From contig JBAXJR010000002.1 in the NCBI GenBank assembly GCA_037137755.1, forward strand, positions 32,001 to 96,000: DNA of 64,000 nt, in the 5' to 3' direction. A program made the position numbers and the translations under genes. Below the pieces are notes generated by a model. The model saw nothing but the letters and a program-made list of their open reading frames with translations. It was not told where the DNA came from and searched no databases. The stretch comes from Methanomicrobiales archaeon (GTDB lineage Archaea; Halobacteriota; Methanomicrobia; Methanomicrobiales; Methanospirillaceae). Of the stretch, positions 8,760 through 18,801 are shown one piece after another (the stretch's first letter is position 1; each line of letters opens with the position of its first letter).

Positions 8760-11414
8760 GTGATTGTGATGGATGACCCGCCTTCAGAGGGAAATGAACG
8801 TGTTTCTGATATATTCATTGTAAGCACTGATGAAACTGTGGCAGTTCTGCTTAAGGAGCATCTGGAACAAAATGAGCATCAGGTTACCGTTTTTACCGAC
8901 GATACACAACTAACAGAAACTCTTCATGCCAGAAAACCAGACCTCCTGATCTTTGACGGAACGACAGGGGAGGGGTACGAAATCATCCGCCGGATCAAGG
9001 CTTCCGACGACCTCTGGGTTGTTCCTGTCCTAATTCTTTCCAGTGCATCTACTATGGAGGACTTCCTGCGTGTTCTTGAAATGAATGCCGACAATTTCAT
9101 CGCACCGCCCTATGATTCCCCTGATCACCTTTCACTCATTGAAGGTATGCTTACTACCCCGGTTGAAAGGCAGACACCAGAAGAAATCAAAAAGCAGTTC
9201 AGGGTCCGCCAGGATGACCATACCTATGTTATTGCCGCTACGAGCAGAAAACTCCTGGAATATCTTCTTTCATCCTTTGAGATCCTGGTTGGCAAATCAT
9301 CAGAGTTATCCTCGGTTACGTCAAAACTTGAAAAAATCTCCGAATCTGCAAGGGAGCTGGAGCAGACTGTAACCGGGCAAACCAGGGATATTGAGGTACT
9401 AACTGCGACTGTTTTAGAAAAAGAACAAAAAAGGATAGAATTGTCACGGGAGTGTGAGGAACTTAAGGAGGCGCTTACACAAAAAACAGACGAGACCAAA
9501 AAACTCTTAGAAGAATCTGATAACAAAAAAACAAGTCTTGATACCATGGAGAATGCGTTGATCGAGGAAGAAACCCTCAACGCATCCCTTGAAAAGACGA
9601 TCCGCGATCTCAAATCCGAACTCGGACAGCAAAAAAATGTATTTGCGGCTGGGAAAACACGGTTGCTGGAAGCAGAACAGGAAATTAATGCGATCAAGCA
9701 GGCAAAAGAGCAATTAGAACATGACCTGAACCAGGTGATCGCTGGGAAAAACCAGGTCAATGAGACACTAAAAGAGGATGCCCAGCAACAAGAACAAAAA
9801 ATTGCTGATTTGACCCGGGAGTATGAGGAACTCGGGAAGACGCTTTCACAAAAAACAGATGAGATCAAAAATCTCGCCGCACAATCTGTTATCCAAAAAA
9901 CGAGTCTCGAAACCTTGCAGAATAAGCTGAAAGAGGAAGAAACCCGTAGCGCATATCTTGAAAAGACGCTCCGTGACCTCACATCCGAATTCGAACTGCA
10001 ACAATCTGCATTAGTAGCAGAGAAAAACCTGTCTGTGTTGGCAGAACATGGAATTAATACGCTGGGACAGGAAAAAACGCAGGCAGAGCGTGAAATGAAT
10101 CAGATAATTATCGGGCTCAATGAATCTGTGCAACACTATGCCGGAGAGCTGACCGCTGTAAAGAATGAACTGGAAGCAGAAACCAAACGCCGGGTTCTGG
10201 CAGAAACCCTTGCAGGCGAGCACCAACGTGAATTTGAACAATCCCAGGATACATTACGTTCAGATATGGAGGCTCTCAACCGGCAGGCAGGCAACCTGCA
10301 GGAAGCGCTTGCTGTATCAGCTGCGGCGCTTGAAACCGAACGGGAACTGCGAAAGGTCTCTGAAGAAAAAACAAAAACTGCGGTCCGGCAACAGGAGGAT
10401 CTTGGAAAAAAGACCCTTAGAACCAATGAAAAGTTGGAGCGTGCAAACAAAGATCAGGCTGAGATAATCTCGCAAGTAAAAGAAGAACTCAAAACTTCCA
10501 GGAATCAGGTACAATCACTTGAAGCAGACGTCAGTGACCTTACCCAGGCAAAATCGCAAGCCCAGGTGGATGTCCGGACGCTCACCGCCGAACTCGAACG
10601 AACAAGGACAACGCTTGCTAACGAGCGGAAGGACCATTTGGAGCTTCATGAAGGGCATGCTGCTGCGGCGAAAGAACGACACCTGGTGCAACAGTCCCTC
10701 TTTTCGTCAGATGAGGAAAATTCGCCGAAAGAGAATCTGGACCTGATCGTTTTGGAAGAGCTCCACCTTCCTGTGTCTGTACCGCAGGTATCCCTGCCAG
10801 GTACCGCAAATAATACACCTGGGTTGCATCAACCCCCTGGTTCCAAAAAAGACCCGGCTTCTGCTGAATCCCTGGGGGAGACCCCCAGGATATTCTCTGG
10901 TGTAATTCCAAGGGTATCAGGGATTTCCGATGCGGACAGCCTTTTTCTGGAACCTGAACCCTTTGCAAAGAACGCGGATACTGCACCGGGAACAACAAAA
11001 GTCAACAGGCCGGCGAAAGAACAAAAAATCCCTGAATATCCACCAGAAAAATCCTCTTTGGTGAATGATGAAGAAGTGAACCAATCTTCCCGCGTTGATA
11101 CAAAACACGAAAAAAAGATAGCGGAAGGATCAGGAAGTTCTGGTAACGAAGCAGGATCCAGGCGACAATCTGGTGAAACTCAAGGAGCCGCAGGAGCCGT
11201 CCCCGGCGGCGATATCTCGCTGACCCGCAGCCAATGGCTTGACCTCCTTAAATGGGCCCGTCATTCGGAAGCAATGTCGGAGGACGAGCGGCTTAAGATT
11301 GTCAGGATGGGCAGGCTGGTCCAGAAAGATGGGAAACTGGGGAAGAAACAACAGGGCCAGGTCAGGGAGATCCTCTCATCCGCCTATGCACGTGGGTACC
11401 AATCCCAATACTAG
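8760..11414 (+). CDS. Atypical receiver domain + long coiled-coil protein
   Basis: N-terminal receiver (KPDLLIFD..GYEIIRRIK..VPVLILS); about 450 aa of heptad-rich coiled coil; low-complexity linker; small basic C-terminal domain. Confidence 0.85.
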   Translation: MIVMDDPPSEGNERVSDIFIVSTDETVAVLLKEHLEQNEHQVTVFTDDTQLTETLHARKPDLLIFDGTTGEGYEIIRRIKASDDLWVVPVLILSSASTMEDFLRVLEMNADNFIAPPYDSPDHLSLIEGMLTTPVERQTPEEIKKQFRVRQDDHTYVIAATSRKLLEYLLSSFEILVGKSSELSSVTSKLEKISESARELEQTVTGQTRDIEVLTATVLEKEQKRIELSRECEELKEALTQKTDETKKLLEESDNKKTSLDTMENALIEEETLNASLEKTIRDLKSELGQQKNVFAAGKTRLLEAEQEINAIKQAKEQLEHDLNQVIAGKNQVNETLKEDAQQQEQKIADLTREYEELGKTLSQKTDEIKNLAAQSVIQKTSLETLQNKLKEEETRSAYLEKTLRDLTSEFELQQSALVAEKNLSVLAEHGINTLGQEKTQAEREMNQIIIGLNESVQHYAGELTAVKNELEAETKRRVLAETLAGEHQREFEQSQDTLRSDMEALNRQAGNLQEALAVSAAALETERELRKVSEEKTKTAVRQQEDLGKKTLRTNEKLERANKDQAEIISQVKEELKTSRNQVQSLEADVSDLTQAKSQAQVDVRTLTAELERTRTTLANERKDHLELHEGHAAAAKERHLVQQSLFSSDEENSPKENLDLIVLEELHLPVSVPQVSLPGTANNTPGLHQPPGSKKDPASAESLGETPRIFSGVIPRVSGISDADSLFLEPEPFAKNADTAPGTTKVNRPAKEQKIPEYPPEKSSLVNDEEVNQSSRVDTKHEKKIAEGSGSSGNEAGSRRQSGETQGAAGAVPGGDISLTRSQWLDLLKWARHSEAMSEDERLKIVRMGRLVQKDGKLGKKQQGQVREILSSAYARGYQSQY

Positions 11415-11425
11415 ATCATTTTTAC

Positions 11426-11612
11426 GGCCCTTTAGTGGTGCTCTCAAATCTATATGGCCGGTTCAGATATTCCTAACTATACCCCGCACCCGGGGTTCCG
11501 CCCCACCGCTTTGGCGACCCCGGCTGGGATGGAAGCGGGAATGGAGTTCACTATTAATTAAATGGTCCTCTAAAAACCCTTGCCCACTGAATATCGTATT
11601 GGGGGTGGTGGG
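11426..11612 (-). mobile_element. MITE-family copy B (partial, inverted)
   Basis: Reverse complement reads cccccaatacgatattcagtgggcaagggtt...catcccagccggggtcgccaaagcggtggggcggaaccccggg, homologous to the core of copy F. Lies between convergent genes. Confidence 0.75.
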
Positions 11613-11615
11613 ATC

Positions 11616-13466
11616 TTAACCCGATCCCACCTGGTATCGGACTCCTGAAGTGTGCCAGACAACCGGGATACTGTCCTTTGATCCAAATCCTGCAATTTCC
11701 TCATCGATTCCCGAGTATGTCCCGTATGGCGGTTCGGTGTCGAGCTGCCAGTCTCCCTTGTTATAGAGTGTCGGATAATCCGACCCTGTTCCTCTCCAGT
11801 CACCAATTACCGGAGTCTGCCTTGAATTCCCGAATCCCGTGAGTGTTACATCGTTATTCCTGTCGTACACGCCATTCATATCTGTGTCGATCAGCCAGGT
11901 GCCATCAGACTGGTAAATCCACGGGTAATCCCGTTCATCCCCGGCATACCACCGGCCGGCAAATGGGATATCCCCCTTCCGGCCTCCGAAATGCTGGTAA
12001 TAGGTGTCATTTCTCCGGTCAAATTTCCCGTCCCCGTTGGTATCAAGCAACCACTCGCCGTTCCGGTAGAACCCTGCTTCATCAAGACCGTCGCCATTCC
12101 AGTCCCCTACAACGGGAACATCTCCCTTCTGGTCCCCAAACCCTGTGAAAACCATATCTGCCACACGATCTATTTTTCCGTTGCCATTACTGTCGATAAA
12201 CCAGTTCCCGTTCCTGAAAACCGCAGGGACCGTTCCTTGTCCACGTACCCAGGTCCCCGCGACCGGGATATCCCCCGCCTGACCGAACTTCTTTATTACC
12301 AGATCGTTCTTTTCGTCCAGCTTGCCATCCTTGTTGAGATCGATCATCCATTTGCCCGCCTCGAAATATCCTGCGGAATCCTTCACCGAATAGGACGTTA
12401 CTTTTTCACCAAATTTGGTTTTTATGTAATCCCATTCCATGATTGGCAGATCTGTATATGGGCTGCAGCCTTGACATTCAGCCCCCGACGGTACTTTCAG
12501 CACGGCACCATAGTTGGAGTGCATTTTCACCCGGAAAACGTTATCCGGGTGGAAAGTCGCACCGTTCGCCGTTGTTGGCCAGCTATTCAGCATCATCCAC
12601 GAGTCGCTCGCATCGTCATATCCAACGCAGAGGACCTCGTGAGAAAATGTATCCTTGTACGAACTGACGGTCTGACTGTTATATTGGTCGAAGTCAAATA
12701 CGGCATCTGCTGGCTTGAATTGCCAGAAATTATCTAAATCCTGTTTTGAAGTATTCGGAATCTGGAGCCAGAATATCACGGCTCCACCATGCAGAAGGGC
12801 AGATTTGATATTTTTAATTGCGTCATTCTGGGATACATTGGCGGTATAAATCGGGTAGGTCTCGATTGCATCGATTTTGTAATTTGGCAGTTTGGTTACC
12901 GGGGTATTCGTAATAAGAGACCACGATTTCTGTTCTGTATGGCATTCCAGGCGATAGTCCTCGTACGCGGCATTGTTATTGGACCAGGGAACGGCAAATT
13001 TTTTCGAGTTGTAAAACGCGACAAATTGATCGGGTGTCCCGCCGTTACCCGCCCAGTTGTTCCCTTTACCCCCGTTATACTGGGAGTCGAAATACTGGAC
13101 TGACAACCGCTCGAATACATCATCGCTTCTGCCGTGGTCGAGCTCCATCGCCGCGGTCCCTGCCCATACCCAGCAGGTCCCGACGTTCCCCTGGTCCCGC
13201 CCCGTTGGATTGGGAGGGATATACGGGGTAAGGTCGAGCGAAGTCATGAAATACTTGTCTTTCGAAAGCACCTTAGGGGACTTCTCGTACCATTTGAGGT
13301 GTTTTGCGTATTCTTTCTCTGAAATCTGCATCATCACCATCGTGGCCTCATCCGGGCTGATTGTGGCAGCCGCGGCCTCAGCACAAACCGGGATGAAAAC
13401 CAGGCTGAATATGGCTGCTATCATCAATGAGCAGACCAGCAATTTCTGTTGTCGGAGCATCATCAT
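11616..13466 (-). CDS. Secreted C1 (papain-family) cysteine peptidase with C-terminal PV.GDW repeats
   Basis: DQGNVGTCWVWA (Gln/Cys), HEVLCVGYD (His), NSW (Asn); repeats such as DVPVVGDWNGDGLDEAGFYRNGEWLLDTNGDG; signal peptide after Met at 13466. Confidence 0.88.
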   Translation of the reverse strand: MMMLRQQKLLVCSLMIAAIFSLVFIPVCAEAAAATISPDEATMVMMQISEKEYAKHLKWYEKSPKVLSKDKYFMTSLDLTPYIPPNPTGRDQGNVGTCWVWAGTAAMELDHGRSDDVFERLSVQYFDSQYNGGKGNNWAGNGGTPDQFVAFYNSKKFAVPWSNNNAAYEDYRLECHTEQKSWSLITNTPVTKLPNYKIDAIETYPIYTANVSQNDAIKNIKSALLHGGAVIFWLQIPNTSKQDLDNFWQFKPADAVFDFDQYNSQTVSSYKDTFSHEVLCVGYDDASDSWMMLNSWPTTANGATFHPDNVFRVKMHSNYGAVLKVPSGAECQGCSPYTDLPIMEWDYIKTKFGEKVTSYSVKDSAGYFEAGKWMIDLNKDGKLDEKNDLVIKKFGQAGDIPVAGTWVRGQGTVPAVFRNGNWFIDSNGNGKIDRVADMVFTGFGDQKGDVPVVGDWNGDGLDEAGFYRNGEWLLDTNGDGKFDRRNDTYYQHFGGRKGDIPFAGRWYAGDERDYPWIYQSDGTWLIDTDMNGVYDRNNDVTLTGFGNSRQTPVIGDWRGTGSDYPTLYNKGDWQLDTEPPYGTYSGIDEEIAGFGSKDSIPVVWHTSGVRYQVGSG

Positions 13467-13729
13467 CACGTAACAGGAGGTACCGGTACGAGAATGATAA
13501 TTGTTTCCCAAAAGGGATACCCGGGACAACCCGGAAGATATGAATGATTCCGGGTCTTTTTACCCAACGAAGGAAAAGATATATTAAATTAGGTGAAAAC
13601 CCTAATCCTAAAAGCAACGGGCACCCCTTACTGGCATACTGTCGGGAGCCCTTCGTAACAAATCTCTAATTTATAGGGAATCTATATATAGGCGATCAGT
13701 CCAGACTCCCCTTAGTAAATGGTGATGTA

Positions 13730-14539
13730 ATGGAATTTGGAAAACTAGTTGGAGAGTCTTTTGAATATGCAAAAGAAGGCCTCGTCGGACACTGGCTGAA
13801 ATGGATTGTACTGATTATTCTTGGTTTTTTGCCCGTGATCCCGATCATGTTTGGCGTCATTTTCGGCATAGTTTCTGCCCTGACAGCCCCGGCAATGTTA
13901 ATCCCTGTAATCGTGATAATGATAATTCTCGCTATCATTCTTGCGTTGCCACTACTCGGGTATACGGTACGGATCTACCGGGGGGAAACGCCCGCTCCTG
14001 AGGTAAATAACTGGGGATCACTGTTTGCTGACGGGTTGAAACTGTTTGTTATACTCTTAATCTACGCAATTCCCGTGATTATTCTTGTTGTTGCGCTCCT
14101 GGGAAGCGTCATCCTGGCGATGATTCCATATCTTCCGCTGCTCATGAATACAGCACAACCCATTGTGGTCCCCGATACCCTGATGGGTCTGATCGGAGCG
14201 GCCATATTCGGAGTTGTAATCATAATTCTTGTCGCAATCATCATCTGGTTGATTGAGGCAACTGCGGTTGTCCGGTTTTCACGGACCAACAGCATCGGAG
14301 AAGCATTCAATTTCGGGGAGATCTTTTCCCGTATCGGTACAATCGGCGTGGGATCGTACATCGTGGCCCTGATCATTCAGGCCCTCATTGTCTTTGTGAT
14401 TTTGTTCATTCTGGAGTTGATACCCTATATCGGATTTATCCTGGTTCTGATCGTTACACCGGTTATCATGCTGTTCCAGGCACGGTATCTCTGCCAGCTT
14501 TACAAAAGTGCTGGTGAAGAAGCACCCGTACCAGCATAA
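13730..14539 (+). CDS. DUF4013-type membrane protein
   Basis: MEFGKLVGESFEYAKEGL..W..W, LGYTVRIYRG..PAPEV.NWG.LF.DG and AFNFGEI patterns; multiple TM segments. Confidence 0.85.
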   Translation: MEFGKLVGESFEYAKEGLVGHWLKWIVLIILGFLPVIPIMFGVIFGIVSALTAPAMLIPVIVIMIILAIILALPLLGYTVRIYRGETPAPEVNNWGSLFADGLKLFVILLIYAIPVIILVVALLGSVILAMIPYLPLLMNTAQPIVVPDTLMGLIGAAIFGVVIIILVAIIIWLIEATAVVRFSRTNSIGEAFNFGEIFSRIGTIGVGSYIVALIIQALIVFVILFILELIPYIGFILVLIVTPVIMLFQARYLCQLYKSAGEEAPVPA

Positions 14540-14553
14540 TTTTTTATTTTTTT
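14540..14553 (+). terminator. T-rich archaeal terminator candidate
   Basis: Long T-rich run immediately after the stop codon. Confidence 0.5.
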
Positions 14554-14883
14554 CGCCCGGTCGGATCTCTCCGGCGACGCTTTTATTTCAAAGCTTATCC
14601 CTGCCCTGATGCCACCTATACCAAGGGGATCCTGAGACCCCGATCGCACGAAGAACAGATCAAACCCTTTTATTAAACTGCATGTGGAAGATCTGGTGAT
14701 AGCAGGGGGACATTCGAGGTATAACTGGTATGCAGACAATCCGCCAGACCGTCCCAGATATACGGGCCATCACAAGGGATCGGCGGACTAAAAATAAAAA
14801 CGGGGCCCTGCTCCAAAATATGGGATAGCACCGGATCCCAACCCCGCAGGACCCGGTTTAGCAGTGCGGTATATGGAGAACCG

Positions 14884-17640
14884 ATGAAGGGACTGACAAT
14901 TTCACTGATGATATGCATGACTATTGCAACGTTGGTTGTACCCGCATTGGGGGACGCATTGCAGGACATCCCTCTTGGTGGCACGGTATTCATCGGTGAA
15001 GAAAACCTGAATTTAACGGGAATCCCGGCGGGAACTACCCTTACCTGGTATACCGGTACCCAGGTCGTGGGCCGGAGTGCCCCGTCCGCAACCATAACGA
15101 TTGGGGACAACGCCAGTTTCTATATCTCCCCCACTGAATTTGCAAGGCACACAGGAAATTGGTACATTGGGAACAGTGATCATGTAGGATTTGCCGTCAG
15201 CGACCCCTCGCAGACAATTTCAGTCTACGACCAGGTGTCTGGTAATGATATTACCAACAAGAGTGCCACATCAGGTGATTTCCTGACGTTCCGCATAGAA
15301 ACAACGTTGAATATAATCCCGGTACAGCGTCTTGGTGCGAATGGGTTCTTAACCATTAGGGTCAGGACCCCTGACGGGACCATATATACCCGGCTTTGCC
15401 AGGATGAAACCACCCTGCTTGACCTGGAAGACCTTGCACCGGATGCGATGCCGTGGTACTGGGCACCGCTTGAAAAAGGCAGCGAGGAGGGATGGTCAAC
15501 CGGCTTCCGCGGCCCGGAACATAACCTTGCGTATCCGTCTGGTGTTTATATGTTCTGGACAGAATCCAACCTGAACGGAATGAAGGACAATTATAAAGAT
15601 GCATCAGGCAGTGATTTCACCGGAAGGACTGTCTCTGCAGTCCACAACGTCACAATTGAATCCAATACGGTCCATATTGAGGTCAGCAATGAAACGGTCA
15701 TCCAGGGTGATGCATTTAGTGTGACCATCACCGGGAAGCCGGATAGCGCCTATTATCTCTGGGTTGAGGACACGAGTTCTCTGAGTGGTATGGTTGGAGA
15801 CCAGCCCCCAAGCCTCCTTCTTTCTCAGGACGGTGTCAGGATGGACCCGAAAGGTGGGCCATGGCCAATCGGTCAGTATGTTTTTGAGGGCTCAACAAAA
15901 TCGATCCAGCAGAACGTCGCACAGTTTTATGGCCGTGACAATGTATGGGGTGTAGTATACTATGCTTCAGTTACCCTCGACCGCAACGGCAACCGCACCA
16001 TTGGGTTTTCAACCACGTCGAAGACCAAAGACCAGGATTATACCATACGTGTAGAGCGTCCGGACCCGTACGACCCACCGGCATCAGATACCGGCCCGGG
16101 CAGGACGTTCAGGACAGATGAAGCCGATATTTCTGTTGAAAAAGGAGAAGTGGAAGTGGAAAGCCAGTCTACTGTGCGAGGTGCCCGGACCTACTACCTC
16201 GGCGAAGAGATCACCCTTCTCGGCACGAGCTCTGGATCAAACTTCACCTACCTGTTCATCACCGGCCCGAACCTCCCAAAAAACGGTGGGCAGATGACCG
16301 AACCCGGATCTCCGGTCGATGTGGATAATCCCGAAACCTTTGCCAGGGCGGAGGTTATTAAAAAAGAATGGGAATACCTCTGGCAGACCGCTAACCTCAA
16401 CATGGATACGGGGGCCTACACCATCTACGCAGTTGCAGATCCGGTCGACAAGGCATACCTCACCTCTACAGAGTATTCAACCGTATCAGTCATTATAAAG
16501 AAACCATTCATCAGTGCACAGGTGTCACCGTCTGTCGCAGCATCGGGTGACACGTTGTTTATCCGTGGCATTGCTGCGGGCCAGCCGGAGAATGGTGTCG
16601 CGGTCTGGATATTCGGAAAGAACAGGGTGATCTACCAGACCCCTGGTGTCAATAGTGATGGTACATTCGAGCAGGAGATCTCCCAGGGCACAACGACGGA
16701 CATGGCAGCAGGCCAGTATTTTGTCGTCGTTCAGCACCCGATGTATAACGAAGTATTCGACGTCTGGCCCACTTCCCTGGTGGCAGGTTATAACAACAAA
16801 GACCTTGTAGCGGGCAGCTACCCGGTATATGGGAACCCCCTGTTCCGGTTACAGGGTGAAGGCAGCCTTCAGGGGTCCGATGCCGCAGATGCGCTCGTGA
16901 ATGCACTCAACAATCCGGGTATTGATGATATTTACGCGACGCTCCAGTTCCTCGTTGAAGTCCCCCAGATCACTATTCAAGCGGTAGGTGAGAAACAGGT
17001 TGGCGACAAGTTCACCCTCACGGGTACTACGAATCTTGCAATCGACGATACAATCCTCGTTGAGGTTATTTCCTCGTCTTTTAAGCCAACCACAAAGACA
17101 GAGAGTGGGGAATTCAGCGGTGTATCCGGGACTGTAACGGTCCGGAAGGGGATCGATGGCCTTAACAGGTGGTCATTCCCCATCGATGCAGCGGCATTCC
17201 GGCCCGATGAATACATTGTTTCGGTATCCGGTATCACTGTCGATGCACAGGCATCAACCCGGTTCAGTGTTGTCGAGTACAACCCGGCAACACACAGGGC
17301 AATGACTCCAGATGAGGAGGGCCTGACTGAACCAGACCCCTTGATCAACGATACAACACCTGCGGACTCAACAACGGGTGATGAGATCCCAGGTGTGGGT
17401 TCAAATAAAATCAGTGTCAGTTCAAAGGAATCACGCCTCGTCAGTACTATCGGGTCCAAATCGACACCTGCCCCTGCCACCGTGATAACCTCTTCGCCGG
17501 TCATCATCGCAACTACTACCGTTATACCCGCAAAGAATACCGTCCCTACGACAAGGCCTACAATTCAGCCAGGATTTGGCGCCCTGGTTACCCTGATAAG
17601 TCTCGGTATTGCAGCATTCCACGTCGTTAGGAAGCATTAA
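14884..17640 (+). CDS. S-layer-like glycoprotein (DUF3821-type N-terminus, PGF-CTERM)
   Basis: Signal peptide; IPLGGTVFIGEENLNLT; GQYFVVVQHPMYN; LQGSDAADAL; Thr-rich linker; QPGFGALVTLISLG..RKH archaeosortase-type sorting signal. Confidence 0.88.
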   Translation: MKGLTISLMICMTIATLVVPALGDALQDIPLGGTVFIGEENLNLTGIPAGTTLTWYTGTQVVGRSAPSATITIGDNASFYISPTEFARHTGNWYIGNSDHVGFAVSDPSQTISVYDQVSGNDITNKSATSGDFLTFRIETTLNIIPVQRLGANGFLTIRVRTPDGTIYTRLCQDETTLLDLEDLAPDAMPWYWAPLEKGSEEGWSTGFRGPEHNLAYPSGVYMFWTESNLNGMKDNYKDASGSDFTGRTVSAVHNVTIESNTVHIEVSNETVIQGDAFSVTITGKPDSAYYLWVEDTSSLSGMVGDQPPSLLLSQDGVRMDPKGGPWPIGQYVFEGSTKSIQQNVAQFYGRDNVWGVVYYASVTLDRNGNRTIGFSTTSKTKDQDYTIRVERPDPYDPPASDTGPGRTFRTDEADISVEKGEVEVESQSTVRGARTYYLGEEITLLGTSSGSNFTYLFITGPNLPKNGGQMTEPGSPVDVDNPETFARAEVIKKEWEYLWQTANLNMDTGAYTIYAVADPVDKAYLTSTEYSTVSVIIKKPFISAQVSPSVAASGDTLFIRGIAAGQPENGVAVWIFGKNRVIYQTPGVNSDGTFEQEISQGTTTDMAAGQYFVVVQHPMYNEVFDVWPTSLVAGYNNKDLVAGSYPVYGNPLFRLQGEGSLQGSDAADALVNALNNPGIDDIYATLQFLVEVPQITIQAVGEKQVGDKFTLTGTTNLAIDDTILVEVISSSFKPTTKTESGEFSGVSGTVTVRKGIDGLNRWSFPIDAAAFRPDEYIVSVSGITVDAQASTRFSVVEYNPATHRAMTPDEEGLTEPDPLINDTTPADSTTGDEIPGVGSNKISVSSKESRLVSTIGSKSTPAPATVITSSPVIIATTTVIPAKNTVPTTRPTIQPGFGALVTLISLGIAAFHVVRKH

Positions 17641-17651
17641 AGATAAATTTC

Positions 17652-17814
17652 GGGCAGGGTTTACCGAAGGCCAATTAAAGGAAGAGTTTTTTTGGGGGAT
17701 GTCTCTATCCCAACCTGGGTCTCCACAGCGGAGTGGCATGTGCCCCTGGAGCGTTGGAAAATTAAGGTATAGTCCGAATTAGGTAAGAATTTATTAGAGC
17801 ATTTCTTCAGAGCC
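17652..17814 (+). mobile_element. MITE-family copy C (3' part)
   Basis: ggcagggtt...ctatcccaacctgggtctccacagcggag...ggagcgt, ending tttcttcagagcc (right-TIR-like). Confidence 0.65.
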
Positions 17815-17954
17815 AATATTTCGGCTATTTTTTTAAGAGTTACGGTATACTTCGTGATAATGTTATGAGAATATTAGATATCAGCAGTATTTTTTTCAAC
17901 CATATTTCGATAAATCGGAAACCTATAATAGTCCTATTACTACAACAATCAATA

Positions 17955-18167
17955 ATGGTCTTTGTTGATAACAGAGGGTTGATCTTTTATTCGCTCATAT
18001 CACTTGTGGCATTTTTATGGTCGGCATTTGTTTATCAGGAGGGAATATGGTCTTTGATCAGTTTTATTGTCACCGCTAGTGTGCTTCTCGTTTCTGCAAT
18101 GCTCCTCATTTTTCTTTTATGGGAGATCCGGAGGGCCGCGACGAAAAAAACTATTGAGTTGCGGTAA
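17955..18167 (+). CDS. Small two-TM membrane protein
   Basis: 70 aa with two hydrophobic helices and a basic tail. Confidence 0.55.
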   Translation: MVFVDNRGLIFYSLISLVAFLWSAFVYQEGIWSLISFIVTASVLLVSAMLLIFLLWEIRRAATKKTIELR

Positions 18168-18172
18168 TTTTT

Positions 18173-18235
18173 GCCATGAAAATTTTAGATCCAACAAGGC
18201 AATGTGTAAAAAATGGCCTTTCAAATTTTCATTGC
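18173..18235. repeat. Inverted repeat related to the MITE 'module B'
   Basis: gccatgaaaattt (18173-18185) pairs with aaattttcattgc (18223-18235) at 12/13. Shares gccatgaaaat and aaaatggcctt with the region from 8265. Confidence 0.5.
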
Positions 18236-18396
18236 TTTGGAGCGAAGCCATCTGGCTTCATGCAAGTTTTTTTAAAAATTTGAAAATTAAATTTTCGGCT
18301 AGCCATCCGATACGAGCATTTTGCGATTTGATTAACTATATTGGTTGATATTAACTCTTAAAAGGAACATAAAAATAGTTGGAAATTCCAGGCAGC

Positions 18397-18534
18397 TCAC
18401 TTGAGCTTTTTCTCGAGCTTCTTGAGCTTCTTCTTGGCCTCTTGGCTACCCGCAGCAGCCTGCTTCGAGAGCTCTTCAGCCTTTACCTTCTTCGCTTGGT
18501 TCAGCTTCACCAGCTGTTTCTTACTCGTTGGCAT
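18397..18534 (-). CDS. Small Lys-rich helical protein (45 aa)
   Basis: MPTSKKQLVKLNQAKKVKAEELSKQAAAGSQEAKKKLKKLEKKLK, preceded by a GAGGTGA RBS. Confidence 0.75.
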   Translation of the reverse strand: MPTSKKQLVKLNQAKKVKAEELSKQAAAGSQEAKKKLKKLEKKLK

Positions 18535-18594
18535 ATAGTCACCTCGCATCGCCTTTGGCTGATTATATTTGGCGTTTTTCCTTCTTAACAATAT

Positions 18595-18728
18595 CCCTGT
18601 ATCTTTGTATTGATAAAAAGGTACTACGCAGACAGGAGGGGTTTTCATCACCTTCATGCCCAACCCCCCGACAAGATATTCCCAGGGCAGGGTTCAACCC
18701 ATCAGGTCCCTGGATAATTTCAGAGATT
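18595..18728 (+). mobile_element. MITE-family copy D (5' part, degenerate)
   Basis: actacgcagacaggaggggttttca...aagatattcccagggcagggtt...aatttcagag aligns with 46483-46581. Confidence 0.65.
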
Positions 18729-18801
18729 CACGGACGTTCCTCCTTAAAAATTCAAGGTTTCCGGGAATCTCAATCGCCAGTCAAATCCCTTACGATGAAG
18801 G

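Noticed and set aside
9224-9982. 252-aa Ser/Phe-rich minus-strand ORF
   Set aside because: Antisense shadow of the Glu/Lys-rich coiled coil.
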